Assembly: GCA_002633005.1 (NCBI GenBank)
Contig: NMRA01000795.1
Span: 64,328-128,327, forward strand
Direction of reading: 5' to 3'
DNA length: 64,000 bases
Source: Phoronis australis
Taxonomy: Eukaryota; Animalia; Phoronida
The notes below the pieces were generated by a model that was given only the letters and a program-made list of their open reading frames with translations, was not told the origin of the DNA and ran no database searches. A program made the position numbers and the translations under genes. Of this stretch, positions 24,701 through 37,139 are shown in pieces; positions within the stretch are counted from its first letter, which is position 1, and each line of letters begins with the position of its first letter.

Positions 24701-27700
24701 TAAAATTTGGTTATTATCTTTTGTCCAAAATGAATTTATTGTTTCACATTCCCAAAATAAGTGTTTCAAAGTCTCTTTCGATTGTCCAAAGAAGGAATAA
24801 GAGTCGTCATCCGTAACTGTCACAAAGTTGGTCTCATGATGTTCCGTATTGTAGCAGGATCTTATTTCTCCTACCAACTCCAGTCACAGGCAATGCGTGC
24901 GTGCATCATTTTCAAATTCGCAATTTTAGGGTTGGCTATCCTCAATAAACTTTGAAACGTTTCATTGAGTTTCTGGTGGTCTCAATATTGTTGTTGGTTA
25001 GGAAAATAGCTAGTTTTGTTGTGGTGAAGAACATTTTGAGACTGATTTTATGAGAGTAAAAGGTCCTAATTCAAATTTCGGCTTTAACCAGCTTAACTGG
25101 CTGCTTTAAGGATCTGTAGATTTTCATGAAATTTATCATCAGTAATTGAGGTCCTTGATGTGCTCGCGAATAATTATTCCACTCAGCTATGAACAATAAA
25201 ATACTAACTGGATGACTTTATTCTTCTGACAGAGTAAAAAGAATGTGTGGCTTTTGATTTACTAGATGGCAATAGTAAAATGTTCACGGTTTGGAATTTT
25301 CCTCGTTTTTGGTTTCAATTTCCTCTTGGTTTCACTTTGATCTTATTTGATTTCCAGTTTCCTATTTTTCCACCTCTTTTTATCATTACTTTGCTTTATT
25401 TATGCGAAACGTTTGTTTCACTTGAATTTTACAATACAACACAAGCTTATTTATTTGTAGAACGATGCAATAACATCACGGGGAAAGTTGTCCTCCTTTT
25501 TTGTCACTGGTCATTCCAAGCCCTGAATGTTCTTACCTAACAGAAACATACACGCATTCAAGTTTTCAGCAGATACACCAACACAGCTACAACTATTTAC
25601 CTGATAACGTTTTGTCATAAATAAGTAAATTATGAAACTCGGCTAACAAGAATCGTTATGGGCATTGCCATCAGAATAAGTTGGCCTGCAATGGATGATT
25701 TTATGCTTGCGTCAAAGTAAATTATGATTGGAAGAACTAGTAGCACTCTCGTAGACTTTGTTTGGGTTGTAAGGAAGTTGTTAGTATGTTGTATTTCACT
25801 TTCTCACGTCATGAATTGCTTTCTCTGTCTTCAGTTACAGGATGTGGGAATTCCATTAGACCAGGTCACCTGGTGTCGTGTTACGCTTACCTCCGACACA
25901 TGGATATGTGTTCGACACAACCCTGACGACAAGCCTCAGAAGAATGGTGGCAAACATAAACACCGATGCCTTGTAAGTTTGCCTATAGTTTCCATCCACC
26001 TGTTTGTGCCTGTGCGTGTGTAAAACCAAGTCACAATGCTTCCTACAGTATTTTTCCTTTTAAAATAGGGGAATGTTTCGTGACATGTGACTTAGGACTG
26101 AAGACAGAAATTTCGTCTCGCGTTCCTACTTCACAATTTTTGAAAAGACGATTAGCCAAGTAATTATGCCTCTGCATCTATCAAGTTCCTTTATGGATTT
26201 TTATTAGATTTGGCTAATAGATTTCTATTAAAGAGTCGATGGCACGTTCCATTTTCGGTTGGATTCATCATATTCTGCGTCCCTATTGGACATCTTTATT
26301 CTTTTCACAACTGTGTTTGGCGTCCGTCTCTCTAGCTGCTGAAGCATTTGAAGGATTATTATTGAAACTTACAGTGGAGAAGAGTACACCTGACATTGAA
26401 TTTGATACGATGAGACCGACTACTGTGGCGTCCCCAATTGGCAATTTAGGTTTTCTTTCCTTATGGCTCTATATCCATCAAGGAGATGACAGTTATTTTG
26501 TTTCAGACATATTTCACTTATGCTCTGCCCACTAGTTACTTGTTATATGATATTAGATGGTACTTAGAAACACCTCTAGAAACATACCACTTGCGATGCA
26601 GCCGTGAGCACATTTCAACGCTTTGCGTTTCTTTTGTTCCATGCTCAGTGGCTTATTGCATTGGCTGCAGATATTTCAAGTTTTCTTTTCTTGACAACAG
26701 CTATCTGGTGGAAGTTAGATGAACAGTAAAGTAAACTGTTCACATTTTAAATGAAATTTTTTTTTCCTCCATATTGCACACTAAATTGAAGAACTTTTCT
26801 TCACAAACGGAGTTTTCACCAAACAATTCCATGCTAGGGTGTCTTTTTTGCCAAACTGTCTGTGATATGATCGCAAATTCCAGAACATCCCTTCAGTCCT
26901 ATTCTATTTTGATGACTGGCTTGTGGGGGGGTGTGCCAAGATATTAATAGCCACATACTGAAATACCACAGCACCCCCTGATTCTCCAAAAATTACCCAT
27001 GATGCTAGGTGCCTGTATAGAAAAAATTGTCCAGACTTTCATCATTCTAGTATAAGTGAAGTTTAACTGCAGCATCGCATGTAGTGAGTTGTAATATAGA
27101 CGATAAGATTTGTGGGCCGTAATTTGTTGTAGGTTTCTTGTTGCCTCGCTCAAAACGTTTCCTAGCCTAATCTTAGAACTAAATGAGAAGCCAGTGTGAC
27201 CCTCAGTGGGATAATTGCTCGCTTTCTCTACAAAAGGCTGTGGGTTCAAGTCCCATTATGGCACACTGTTAGACCCTTGAGTCAAGTCTCTAGCTCCTGA
27301 GCTTGGGTTTTAACATTATATATTTTATTTTTTAGCCTTTCTAAAGCTTTGTCAATCATATAATGCATTTTTGTTCAAAAAGGTGAAGTCAAATTCAGGA
27401 TTTCATCATCATTTTAAACTCTCCAGCTACTTTTTTACTTTGTTTGGCCTTAAATTGTGACCAGTGTGCTCTGCCTTGATATAATTTATCGTATATTGAC
27501 ATTGGTTCTAATGTTATAAACCCGAGTACAATGACTCACTGATAAAAGTTGATGTTTGTTCCTTGATTGGATTGTAATTGACATGTACATCCTGTTGATG
27601 GTGACTGGAACATGTGCGATTTGTGTTATTTAAATGTCTGGATGTATTACTTAGCTCTACGTAGGATTCGATCCTAGGTTAAACACTACTTTAAGTATTT

Positions 27701-30700
27701 GTTGATTAGTGCAACAGACAGACTTTTAATGTTTTGACTAAGCTTTTACCCTTAAGGTCACATTCTGGTATTTGTAAATAAACAAGTGTAACTGAACAAT
27801 ATAACTGTGTTATTCAGTGAAAATCTGTTGAAACTAAAACTTGCAATCAGACGTGTTTAATCTATGAGATATTGTCGGGTATTTAGCCAAGTCTATAAAC
27901 CTTGAGATTTTTAGAGGGTTAAAACTCGGTAATATGTATTTTCTAAAAGTAGAAGGCCTGGATACTTCTGTAGCAAAATAACATACAGCGTATCAATAAC
28001 ATGGCCAAATTTTGTTCAATAGTTAAATTTTCATTATGAAATCTCAAAAACGCTATTACAGTTTCGTAATTTATCAGATTGTTTTCGTTTGATGGAACTT
28101 TTTTTAAAAATCATAAAAGTGTACTATTTTGATAGCCCCTGATGCAATCGTGGAAAATTGTAAAAGCAATTCCTAATAGTATTTCGGAGAACAATCCATA
28201 AGGTATGGTGTCTGAAAGTTTCATATGAATCCAATCTGCCGTTTCTGAGATATGTTGTTTGAAAGTTTCCCAAATTTGACCATATTTCAATGGGCTGTAA
28301 GAAAAGCAAGACTGCTTTATGCAAAATTATGCAAGACATGAGTGTTTCACAAGTAAGTTTGGGACTGTACTTGTGCATACGATCAAAATAGCTGCCACCT
28401 AAATAATTGGTCGACAAGGCTGTAATGTTGGGATGTAGTAAAAGTCACCATTTCCGTTCAGTGAGTGCTGATTTCACTTCGCAAGGGCCTTGCGTTTATG
28501 TAACATGTCCTTGCTACTACGATTTGCATTCAGCATCGTTGTTTTGCGAAACACTTGATCATTGGGTCATCTTGTTTTTAGGTGACTATACTGAACCCAT
28601 ACAGGAACAGTCTTCCCAATGACAGTTGGCATGCTGTGGCAGACTCAGCCATGATGAACTCTCATCAGCCAATCATTGCCTTGAAAGGTTAGTAGCCCCA
28701 TTATGGTCTATCCTATGATATTTGGTATTTTAGCAACTACAGTAAATACTGCCATTGGTGAACTTTGATTAGCCAATTGAAATGTTAGTGGCCTCATTTT
28801 GAGCACAGACTGTGGATTGTGCTCAGCATTCATGCGTGTAACAAATCAGTGGCTCCCACAATTTTCTTTTTAATTCTCAACAATAGCTTGGACGTTTTGG
28901 TGACATTAACATTTTTGTTTGTGTGGCTTTGAGATGTGGTATTTTTTGGTCGCTGTATTTGAGGACTCTCCATGTATAAACATTTTGAATTTCAGCCGGA
29001 TCTCGTTTTCAAGTGTTTAATCTTGAATCCAGGGTGCTACTTCATCAGTATAGATTTCAGGAGGTCATTCATTTCTGGACATGGATCAGTTCAGACGTCA
29101 TCGCCATAGTTACGGAAACAGCTGTCTATCACTGGTGCTTATTTAAAGGTAATAATTACACGTTAATTAGGCACCTCATTGCCCATTTCTATAATTGCTC
29201 CAGCAAATGTTCAGTGTCATCACCAACTCAATATGTCTGCCACTATTTTGTATGTAATCCATCGTGATCAAAGAGAAGCATTTCTTCTTGTCTGCTTCAG
29301 GGTTAATGTGAGAATAAACAGACACTGTCTCCTGGTTTCACTGCTATGCCTGCTTGTATCGCTTAGACTCCACAAAATTATTTGTTAAGGTTATGGAGAG
29401 CCTTATCGACAAGTTGACGTATTTAGCCAAATGTCTACAAAACTTTAGATGTCGACTCCATAGAAGTGTGAATTTTCTGATAGACAGTAGAAAGCTTGTG
29501 GAGTTTCATTTCTTACTTTATACCAATCTGCCCTCTATTGGGTGGGTCGCATATCCAAATCTTAAATGAGTGAAAAAGAAAATTACATTGATCCTAGCAA
29601 AACAACAGTATCAGTTAAAATGATCAAATTTCATTTGATATAAATGTTCGAGATGAAGTCTCAAAAACACTGTTGTACTAAATTGTTTTTCAGTTTTCAT
29701 TTCATGCAGCATTTGAGATTTTTCATATAAATCATTAAACTGCTATTTTTGATAGCCTCAGAATGGAGCGTTTTCAAAGCAATCCCCGACAGCGTTTTGG
29801 AAAACGTAGCTTAAATCATAACATCTGAAAGTTTTATATGAATCTGATGTGCCATTTTTGAGCTATGACATTCCGAAATTATCCAATTTTGGACGCTTTC
29901 TAGGGTCCTCCGTCACCTTAACACCACTGTTGTTGAAAATTTATCTGGTGCATAGAGGGTGGTTGGTGATTAAGGCTGAACACATGGATAGAAAATATCG
30001 GTAAAATGATACCAATAGTGCAGTTTTTTTCGTATCTGTTCCAGACAAATTAAGCTACAGGAAATGTATTTAAAAACTCAGACACTGAGCGCTATTTAGC
30101 CACATTACTACGGAACATCTAGATCCACTCAATGTTTATGTGTTGAAATTGCTCTCTAATTGAAATCGTTCCTTGACATTTACAGAGTGTGGTATTTTTG
30201 TTTTGAAATACAAAAATACCCTCAGACACTTATTGTATTGGCTATGCCTGGATACGTGTGATTGAAGAGGCGTGTTGAAAACATTGCACGTCTTTGTAGT
30301 TAACGTTGATTATCCCCCATCATCTCGCTGTTCATTGATTACACTTGAGGTGCCCACAATGATCATTACTATAGTCATGAATTGCGTTCTGCAAAAGTTC
30401 ATCATACCTCTATAGTGGCATGATTTGTATACTAGTCTGTTTTGTAGACAATTCCTATTAATTGTATACTCAACATGTGGGCGCTTTTGTAACGTTACAC
30501 ATCCTGATTGCTTCACTGTCTAGGTGAACATCAAAGGTATTTTACACCCTGTTCTCGCCAAAGTGAATGTAACTGTTAAAACCAATTTGAATGTTATAAC
30601 TCTTAGTCAGTACCGTTTTTTTAAAAATGTAACTGTAGCGCGGTAATAACTCTAATGAGGGTGTTTTAGAAAGAGGTTTTAACAGTATGTTGTAGCTCAA

Positions 30701-33700
30701 TGTGAACATAGCAGTTGGAAAAGTTATAACTCAGTAGGTGGCGCTTTTGTCAAATCTCAGAAGTAATGGTGCACTGAACCACTTACTGAGCAAGCACCAA
30801 ATGGCAAGATTGTCTACAGCACAAATTGGCTGACCTAGAACTGCCAAACAACATGTTGTGGAAATCAACGACATTTTGTGAGTCTGCTCAAAAATAGCTC
30901 GGCAAAAGGACAATTTATGAGAAAGGGAAGCAAGAAAATTACAAAAACAGACTTGGTAGCTTGGTATTACTTTTGATGTACAATATTATATTTGATGTCA
31001 TGCTTTTTGGTATGAAAATGGCACATCCGGTTTGACTGGAGATAATTTGATCAGATGTAAGATAATTTGTTAGTGTTGGCTAGAACATGTGAATTAGGGT
31101 TGCAAAAGTTAGAACTGTCAGTGTGAAGGTTAACTGTTACATAACAGTTACAGCTGTTGAAAGAGTTACAACCTGGACTTCTCAGTTCTTGTATCACGTC
31201 CAACGGTTTGCCTTAAAAGTCGACCGAAATTTTCAAAGGCCTAGTTATTGTCTATGCCTTCTTCAGTGTAGGTAGTGCTATATGAAGTACTACGTCATAA
31301 ACACAGGAAAGTTTGTCACCTTCTTCATCCCAGTTCGTTGTACACTCATTTTTTTCTGATTTCTACAGTCAGTGTTATTTTCTTTTCCTACTATATTGGA
31401 GCTGTGATGCCTCCTACATTTGAGAGATGTCCAGGAATTTTGGTTCTCGACTTACAGAACATAGGAAAGAGGTGCATGAGGTCATAGACCGAGTGTTTGC
31501 AGGATCGGAAAGAAAAGCCTCTTACTGTAATTAATAAGTCTGCAATTACAGATCATGTTATTGACTGTGACAACTAATAAGATTTTTACGGCTTTTGTAA
31601 AATCCCTGCAAGGCTCTAGCTGTAATGAAACTCCAAATTGTTTATATCGGAGGAGAATACTAGTAGTTACCATGGCAATCACAAGCACATGCACCACTGT
31701 GGTTTCAGTTTGATTAACTGCTGTTTTGGAAGGGGACTTTAGCCGTTAAGGAGTCGTGAAAATTGGTTTATGAGCTGAACAGGTCATGATATTTACCAAG
31801 TTCCTTGATGGATGTACATGAAATTTGACAAATAAATTACTGTCATGGAGACAATACTTGCCCCGTTTCAGATGGATTTGACCTACGCTAAGCCCATTTG
31901 GGCTTTTTTATTATATTTGCATCTGTTCTTCATTACCTGCCTCCCAAACTGCTTGAGAAATCTTGATGAAAGGTGGAAGGTGTGTTCTTATATTGGCCAC
32001 GCTTTGTGCTCCCTACAATAAACTTAATACTGACGCTGTATTAAGTTTATTAGTATTGTTCCATCTAATGAGAATGTTTTAACAATGACCATTCCTTGTA
32101 TCTACTGTCACTACCACTTTTATTGCTATTGGATGTTATGGTTATTATTACACGATGTTTCATCTCCATACTTGATCTTCTTCAGAGGACTCTATGCCCG
32201 ATCTCATGTTCAAAAGGCATCATAGACTGGTGTACTACGAAATAGTCCAGTACAAGACAGACAAGTCGTTCCGTTGGTTTGCTCTCACCGGCCTACTGCC
32301 TGATGTAAGTCAGTTGCCTTTGTTTTGTCTCTGATGCGTGTATTTGTTGCCTGGGTCAGCCTTCTGTCCATCCAACCCTGCTGTTCTTGTAGTTTAGGTG
32401 CTAAGTTTACGTAAAGTATGTTAATGTTGTAGGGATAGTTCAGAGAAACTTGGATGGCTGTAAAATTCGGACAAGCCTAAATAAACGTCAAATATATTAA
32501 CAATCAAGATGTCTTACCACTAAATGAAAAGATTATTCACTTCTTTGAACAACAGTAGGAATTTATTCATCACCTCACTTGAATTACAACAAAGTTTCAA
32601 CACATATGAGGCATGTTCAGCACCTTATGTCGCTCTGCCGTCTGTTTCGCGTGGTGATTTCGAAAGTCTGCGGTAGGTACACTGACTTTTCCAAGTTTTA
32701 TTTAGGTCACTTGGTCACTTGTCATGTAAATGAACTTGAATTTACTTGATGCATAATTCATCACTATTTGCAGTTTTATGTGTTAACTCCAATAGAAAAA
32801 CTTACAAAAAGCATGATTTTATCAAAAAACGGGTGTCCGAATTTCCCTCCAATTTTTTGTATGCTGCGGGGAAATTCGGACACCCGTGTTTTTAGGCTAC
32901 TAGATGCTTTTGTTGACGTTTTCTTAGAGAGATTTTCGTAATCACATGATGACCTCCTGTGTTAAGAGGTCAATCCAAAACTTAATTTGTCAACAACAAT
33001 GGCACTGTTTACCACGTGTGCTGCACACTAATTGGTAAGGGCAGACGTAATTCTACGTTGTTTATGTGGCCAGTACATGATGACTTCTGAAATTTTATTA
33101 TTCGTCTGATGATAAGACTACTAAATAATACCTAAAATCATTTTTTGAAATCATAAAGTACTGTTATGTGTTTTGTCCGAGTTTTACCTATTCAGAATTT
33201 GCTGGTCCGAATTTCCCCGACACTCCGTCCGACTTTCCCCACCTGCGTCCGAATTTCCCCAATTTTGACCAATGTTATTATTCTTAAAATTCGAAGGCAT
33301 TGAAACTGAACTAGTAACGGAGAATCTCATTGGTTGCTTTCTCAAAAGATTTGCGGATATCTCATTACTCGTCTAATGTTATTAGCTGACACATAAACCT
33401 TCAGTAGTAGGTAAGCAAGTCAAGCTAGGTGAATTTACCCGAACTTCCCCTATTCATGCTGTCGTAATGCAAAAGATCATTTTTGTAAGATTAGGACTAA
33501 CTGGCATAGTCAGAAGTAATCAACAGGGGGAGACAAATGCGAAATAGTTGGCGATGGGGGGTTGAGATGGGTGGCAATCTGGGGGCACTTTTAAATGAAC
33601 TGGGGTACCATAGGCAAAACTGAACTACGAATTACGTAAGTTTTGATTGAGGGGACTTTTTAGCGAGAATGCTAGACATGTCTTTTGTTTAAGGAATATT

Positions 33701-36270
33701 GGAGTTGGATATATGTTTTGATTACTATTGACAGGATGACTGTATTCAAGGAGTGACTCAGCTCTTCTCTGTAGACTACAACATCACGCAGTGTATTGAA
33801 GCGCATACCGTCTGTTTTGCCGAGTATCACTTCGAGAGCAACAAATTCGCATCCACGTTATTGGTGGCTGCAGTGCGCCATGAATCTCAAGTTTTTGGAA
33901 AGGTAATAATTCCTAGAATTGTTATGGATGTTGTGTGTGTCAATCTTTCTTAATTTTAAATGTGACCAATTGAAGGCAGTATTGGATAATGATGATACAG
34001 TATTCTCCACAACAGAAAATTCAAACTCTACTGAAGTTTTGTAATTACTGTATGCGTTCGAAAGTTCATTTCCAGACAGTGGAGAGATTGTATGTTAAGT
34101 CTTGGAATAAATGCTTTGAATTGGTACCAAAATCCATAGCGTACTAATTTGCCTATGAAATGGCTAATTTCTCAATACTTTAAACGCGTTGCCCAGGTTT
34201 TCAAACTGGGTGTAAGCAAGCCAAATTCGCCATGACAAAATTCAAACTCGACGCAGTGACTAGTCAAAACAGATTGTGGAGAACACTGAATTTAGTTAAT
34301 CTCCACAAGGCTGTTGCTTGGCTTATTTATTGGAGATGCAATATTTCCGTCAGTGGGTCTGTTTAAAACGGTAGAGTCTTGATTGAAGCCGTAAAATAGA
34401 ATCCTATATCTATGACAAAGAATTTAGTCTGAAATGTATAATGTTACCAGTTAATGACTCAATATGGCTGACAGGTGAATTGTTATCATTTTCTCATATA
34501 AGTGATACACTACCAAATTAATGTTTTTACCATTTTCAAGTTTTTTTTTGAGTTTAGTACCACAACTCAAAATTTTGAAAATTTCTAAGCACTTGCAACA
34601 ATGTAAGAAAACCTTGGAAAATGCGCAATTATTTTTCTCCAAAATTGCAACATTAGTGACGTTATACCATTTGGAATAAGAAATCAAACGTTTAGTAAAC
34701 CCCTTAATAAATAGTGCTATAAGAACCCTTGCAAAGCATTTTGGATGTTCCTGAATAGTCCGTTGGAATCTTGGCATAACTATTCTAGGTTCATACTGTG
34801 GAACTGGGGCCTTATGTGGAGGGCAACTTGGCCCTCACCAGTCACTACGACACGATTACGTTCAAAGACGACACAGAAAAATATGACTTTCCAGTGTCAC
34901 TGCAGGTTCGTGTCTCAATTCATATTTATTGGATAGATTCATGCTCTCGTAATTGAATAAGTTTTATTTAGAAGAATATCTTCAGGTTATTTTCTAACAA
35001 TTAAAAAAGTGATTTTCTTCAAATTGCTGAGTGATTTTACCCTATAATGAAGGTTGTGTCAGAACCCTGACCATTTATTAGATTAAGGCATGATTCAGAA
35101 CTGACCTCTGTTTGTGAACAACGCTGGTAACCTGTTCATTTATTAATTAGAAATTAGCTAGGCAAGTGAAAATTGTTTTTGCCTGTCGTACGCACAAAAA
35201 TGTATCATATATTTGCCTAGTATTGGAGTCCCGAGTTTATTGGAGACGCGCAGTTTATTGTTAAAATCAGCATGCCTGATCCTGCGGCTTCTATGAGGGA
35301 TCGATGTCTGTTGGAAACTAAGTTTCTATTGGGATTTGACGGTAACTTTGACAGAGTTAGACAGTCTTGTGTTCCATTCCAGGTCAGTGTTCACTATGGC
35401 CTTGTTTATGTGATAACCAAATATGGGCAACTGTATGTGTGTGACTTAGAAACCAGCGCGTGCCTGTTTACCGAACCAATCTCTCCAGGTGTTGTATTCG
35501 CCGCCACACTCGACACATCCAATCAGGGTTTAATCAGTGTCAACAGGTTTGGCCAGGTAAACACAGTTGCTTCATTTTGTATTGTTTTGGCGTTCTTGCC
35601 ACAGTTATTTCTTCTTCATATAATGGGTAGAGTTTCGGAGTGTAATGTAATTGGCTCCTGCTTAGTTTTCATGAAATTTTAAGGAAACTGCGTAGTTTCT
35701 CTTATGATTCTAGCATAAGTTTGATGGAATAAGATATCTTTGATTTTGTCTTATTCAAAGTGGTGGTCTTAGTTGGAGTGATCCAATCAGACTATTACCG
35801 AGTTCTGTATGGTTTTGACCACTTGTTTATTTTTAGTAGGCCATAGTCATTTAAAGAGGTCCCAGAACCAGTTAGATGCTCGTTATTCTGTGGTTCTCAA
35901 ATCTAGTCCCGTATGAGTGACTATTACCTTATTGTGCGCTTGTGTGTATCTGACAATTGAAAAATCAACTGCGATTACTGTATCTTTATGTTATTCTCAG
36001 TATTTTTGGTAGAAACCTCAGCACATAAGGCTTGAGCGGCCATCGTATGATCTACCATGTAAACTGTATGATGTTCGCTTCTGTTTCATTTTTATCATGA
36101 ATACTGGGAATGTCTATATATTTCAGGTTCTTTCAATTGCTTTGAAGTCTTCAAAATTGGTGGCGTACATACGAGAAGAATTGAAGAAGACCCGAGAAGC
36201 AGAAAGGCTTGAGACAATTTTACGAAGGGATGGAGTTTGCATTGAGACAAATCACCTGATTGACTTGTGA
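21719..36270 (+). CDS. Clathrin heavy chain terminal-domain-only protein (7-bladed beta-propeller plus short linker, 392 aa); 9 coding exons
   Basis: Exons 21719-21778 (duplicate at 22714-22773), 25835-25972, 28582-28687, 28996-29148, 32186-32304, 33735-33902, 34789-34905, 35383-35556, 36127-36270 give 1179 nt of open frame with GT-AG introns. Peptides are collinear with CHC residues ~1-350: [110 protein letters not shown]. Stop codon follows NHLIDL. Confidence 0.9.
21850..22243. mobile_element. PIF/Harbinger-like MITE, 394 bp, CTG target-site duplication
   Basis: TIRs GGCCCGGTCTCTAATCTTTGTACTCGAAA ... TTTCGAGTAAAAAGATTGGAGACCGGGCC. The empty site TAGACCTGGTCGG is visible in the duplicate copy at ~22846-22858. 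Confidence 0.8.
22714..22773 (+). CDS. Second copy of exon 1 of the clathrin terminal-domain gene (probable haplotype duplicate)
   Basis: Identical MAFHITEANNDLVHISELIQ plus GTAAAC donor inside duplicated block 22601-23216, after the N at 22600. Confidence 0.7.
24340..24880 (-). mobile_element. Non-LTR retrotransposon 3' relic (zf-RVT-like region, L1/Tx1-type)
   Basis: Translation ETLKHLFWECETINSFW...SNVIFGF...IVLLLGKQFIY resembles the Cys/His region downstream of LINE RT; it is disrupted by stops. Confidence 0.6.
25285..25525. mobile_element. MITE of the same family, 6-bp TSD AATGTT
   Basis: AATGTT|CACGGTTTGGAAT...ATTCCAAGCCCTG|AATGTT. Confidence 0.7.
27198..27315 (+). mobile_element. tRNA-derived SINE-like relic
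   Basis: B-box-like GGGTTCAAGTCC followed by GGCACA.TG.TAGACCCTTGA.TCA...CTC.AGCTCC, which is also seen at ~53992-54110. Confidence 0.45.
29389..29917. mobile_element. Kolobok-like non-autonomous DNA transposon (TTAA TSD, GG...CC termini)
   Basis: TTAA|GGTTATGGAGAGCCT ... AGGGTCCTCCGTCACC|TTAA. Interior motifs (CTGAAAGTTT.ATATGAATC) are shared with the ~27750-28400 relic. Confidence 0.55.
32431..33451. mobile_element. Degenerate TA-flanked DNA transposon relic with GTCCGAATTTCCCC subrepeats
   Basis: Imperfect termini AGGGATAGTTC... / ...GAACTTCCCCT. Several direct and inverted copies of GTCCGA(A/C)TTTCCC occur between 32465 and 33260. Confidence 0.4.
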
Positions 36271-36496
36271 CGAAATTAGGCCATGGCGTAATTCGTAGAA
36301 ATGATGGAAAGCTGTGATTACGGTTACGCACGTATTAAGCCTATTTCGAAAATCTACAAGAATGGTGTCCTATCCGAAGTGCTGGAAGTATTTTCAATTG
36401 TTATGCTGTTGGTTTATTGTCATGATCAGTTGTATGTTAGCTTTAAAATGAATTAATCAATAACAGAATGACTTCATAGGTGGCGCCGTTACATAG

Positions 36497-37139
36497 TAGA
36501 GGATAGAGTAGTTACCTATCGGCCACCTGTTTATGTTTGCATACCTAGTTTTCAAGCCCATCCTGGGCCCTTCGTCGGAGTCACCAGTGGGTGGTCCTTA
36601 GAGAAGGCTGTTACTTGCAAGAAGGCGCGGGTAAATAGCTGGTAATTCATATTCACCGTCTCTGTTCAATTTTGGTTTATTGCTCATGACTTCAACTGCT
36701 TCTCTGATTTTATGATACCAATATTGATTTTCTCCTGATAGTATTTTGACTATGTTTTGCAACTGTTGTGTGATGTGTCCGTACGGTGTTCTCCTACGGC
36801 TGTAGTGTTGCCTGATGATATGTTGGAGTGTTCTTTTAGTCTGGCACCAAGATTCCGAGCAGTTTCACCAACATATTTGGCAGAACAATCAGGGCATTCA
36901 ATCATGTATACCACCCCGCATTTCTTGTTGTCGTCTGACTTGTCTTTCGCATGGACCAAGGCACTCCTTAGGGTGTTGAATGAATTGTGTTAGGTTTCTC
37001 TGAAGATGTTAGACAGTTTTTCCAAAAGACGGTGAATGCACGGAAGGGCCACATTTATTCTATTAAAAAAGGGTCTCAGCTTCTTAGCTAGATCCACAAA
37101 CACAAACAGATTGCCGATAGGTAACTACTCTATCCCCTA
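36497..37139 (-). mobile_element. Penelope-like retroelement fragment (GIY-YIG endonuclease) enclosed by inverted repeats
   Basis: Minus-strand translation GVVYMIECPDCSAKYVGETARNLGARLKEH...AVGEH...KIREAVE...PKLNRDG is typical of the PLE GIY-YIG domain. Flanks carry a 26/27-identical inverted repeat TAG(A/G)GGATAGAGTAGTTACCTATCGGC. Confidence 0.8.

Noticed and set aside
21719-36270. Canonical full-length clathrin heavy chain (CLTC), or a processed pseudogene of it
   Set aside because: Too diverged for CLTC, terminates at codon 393, has no room for further exons, and retains introns and an intact frame.
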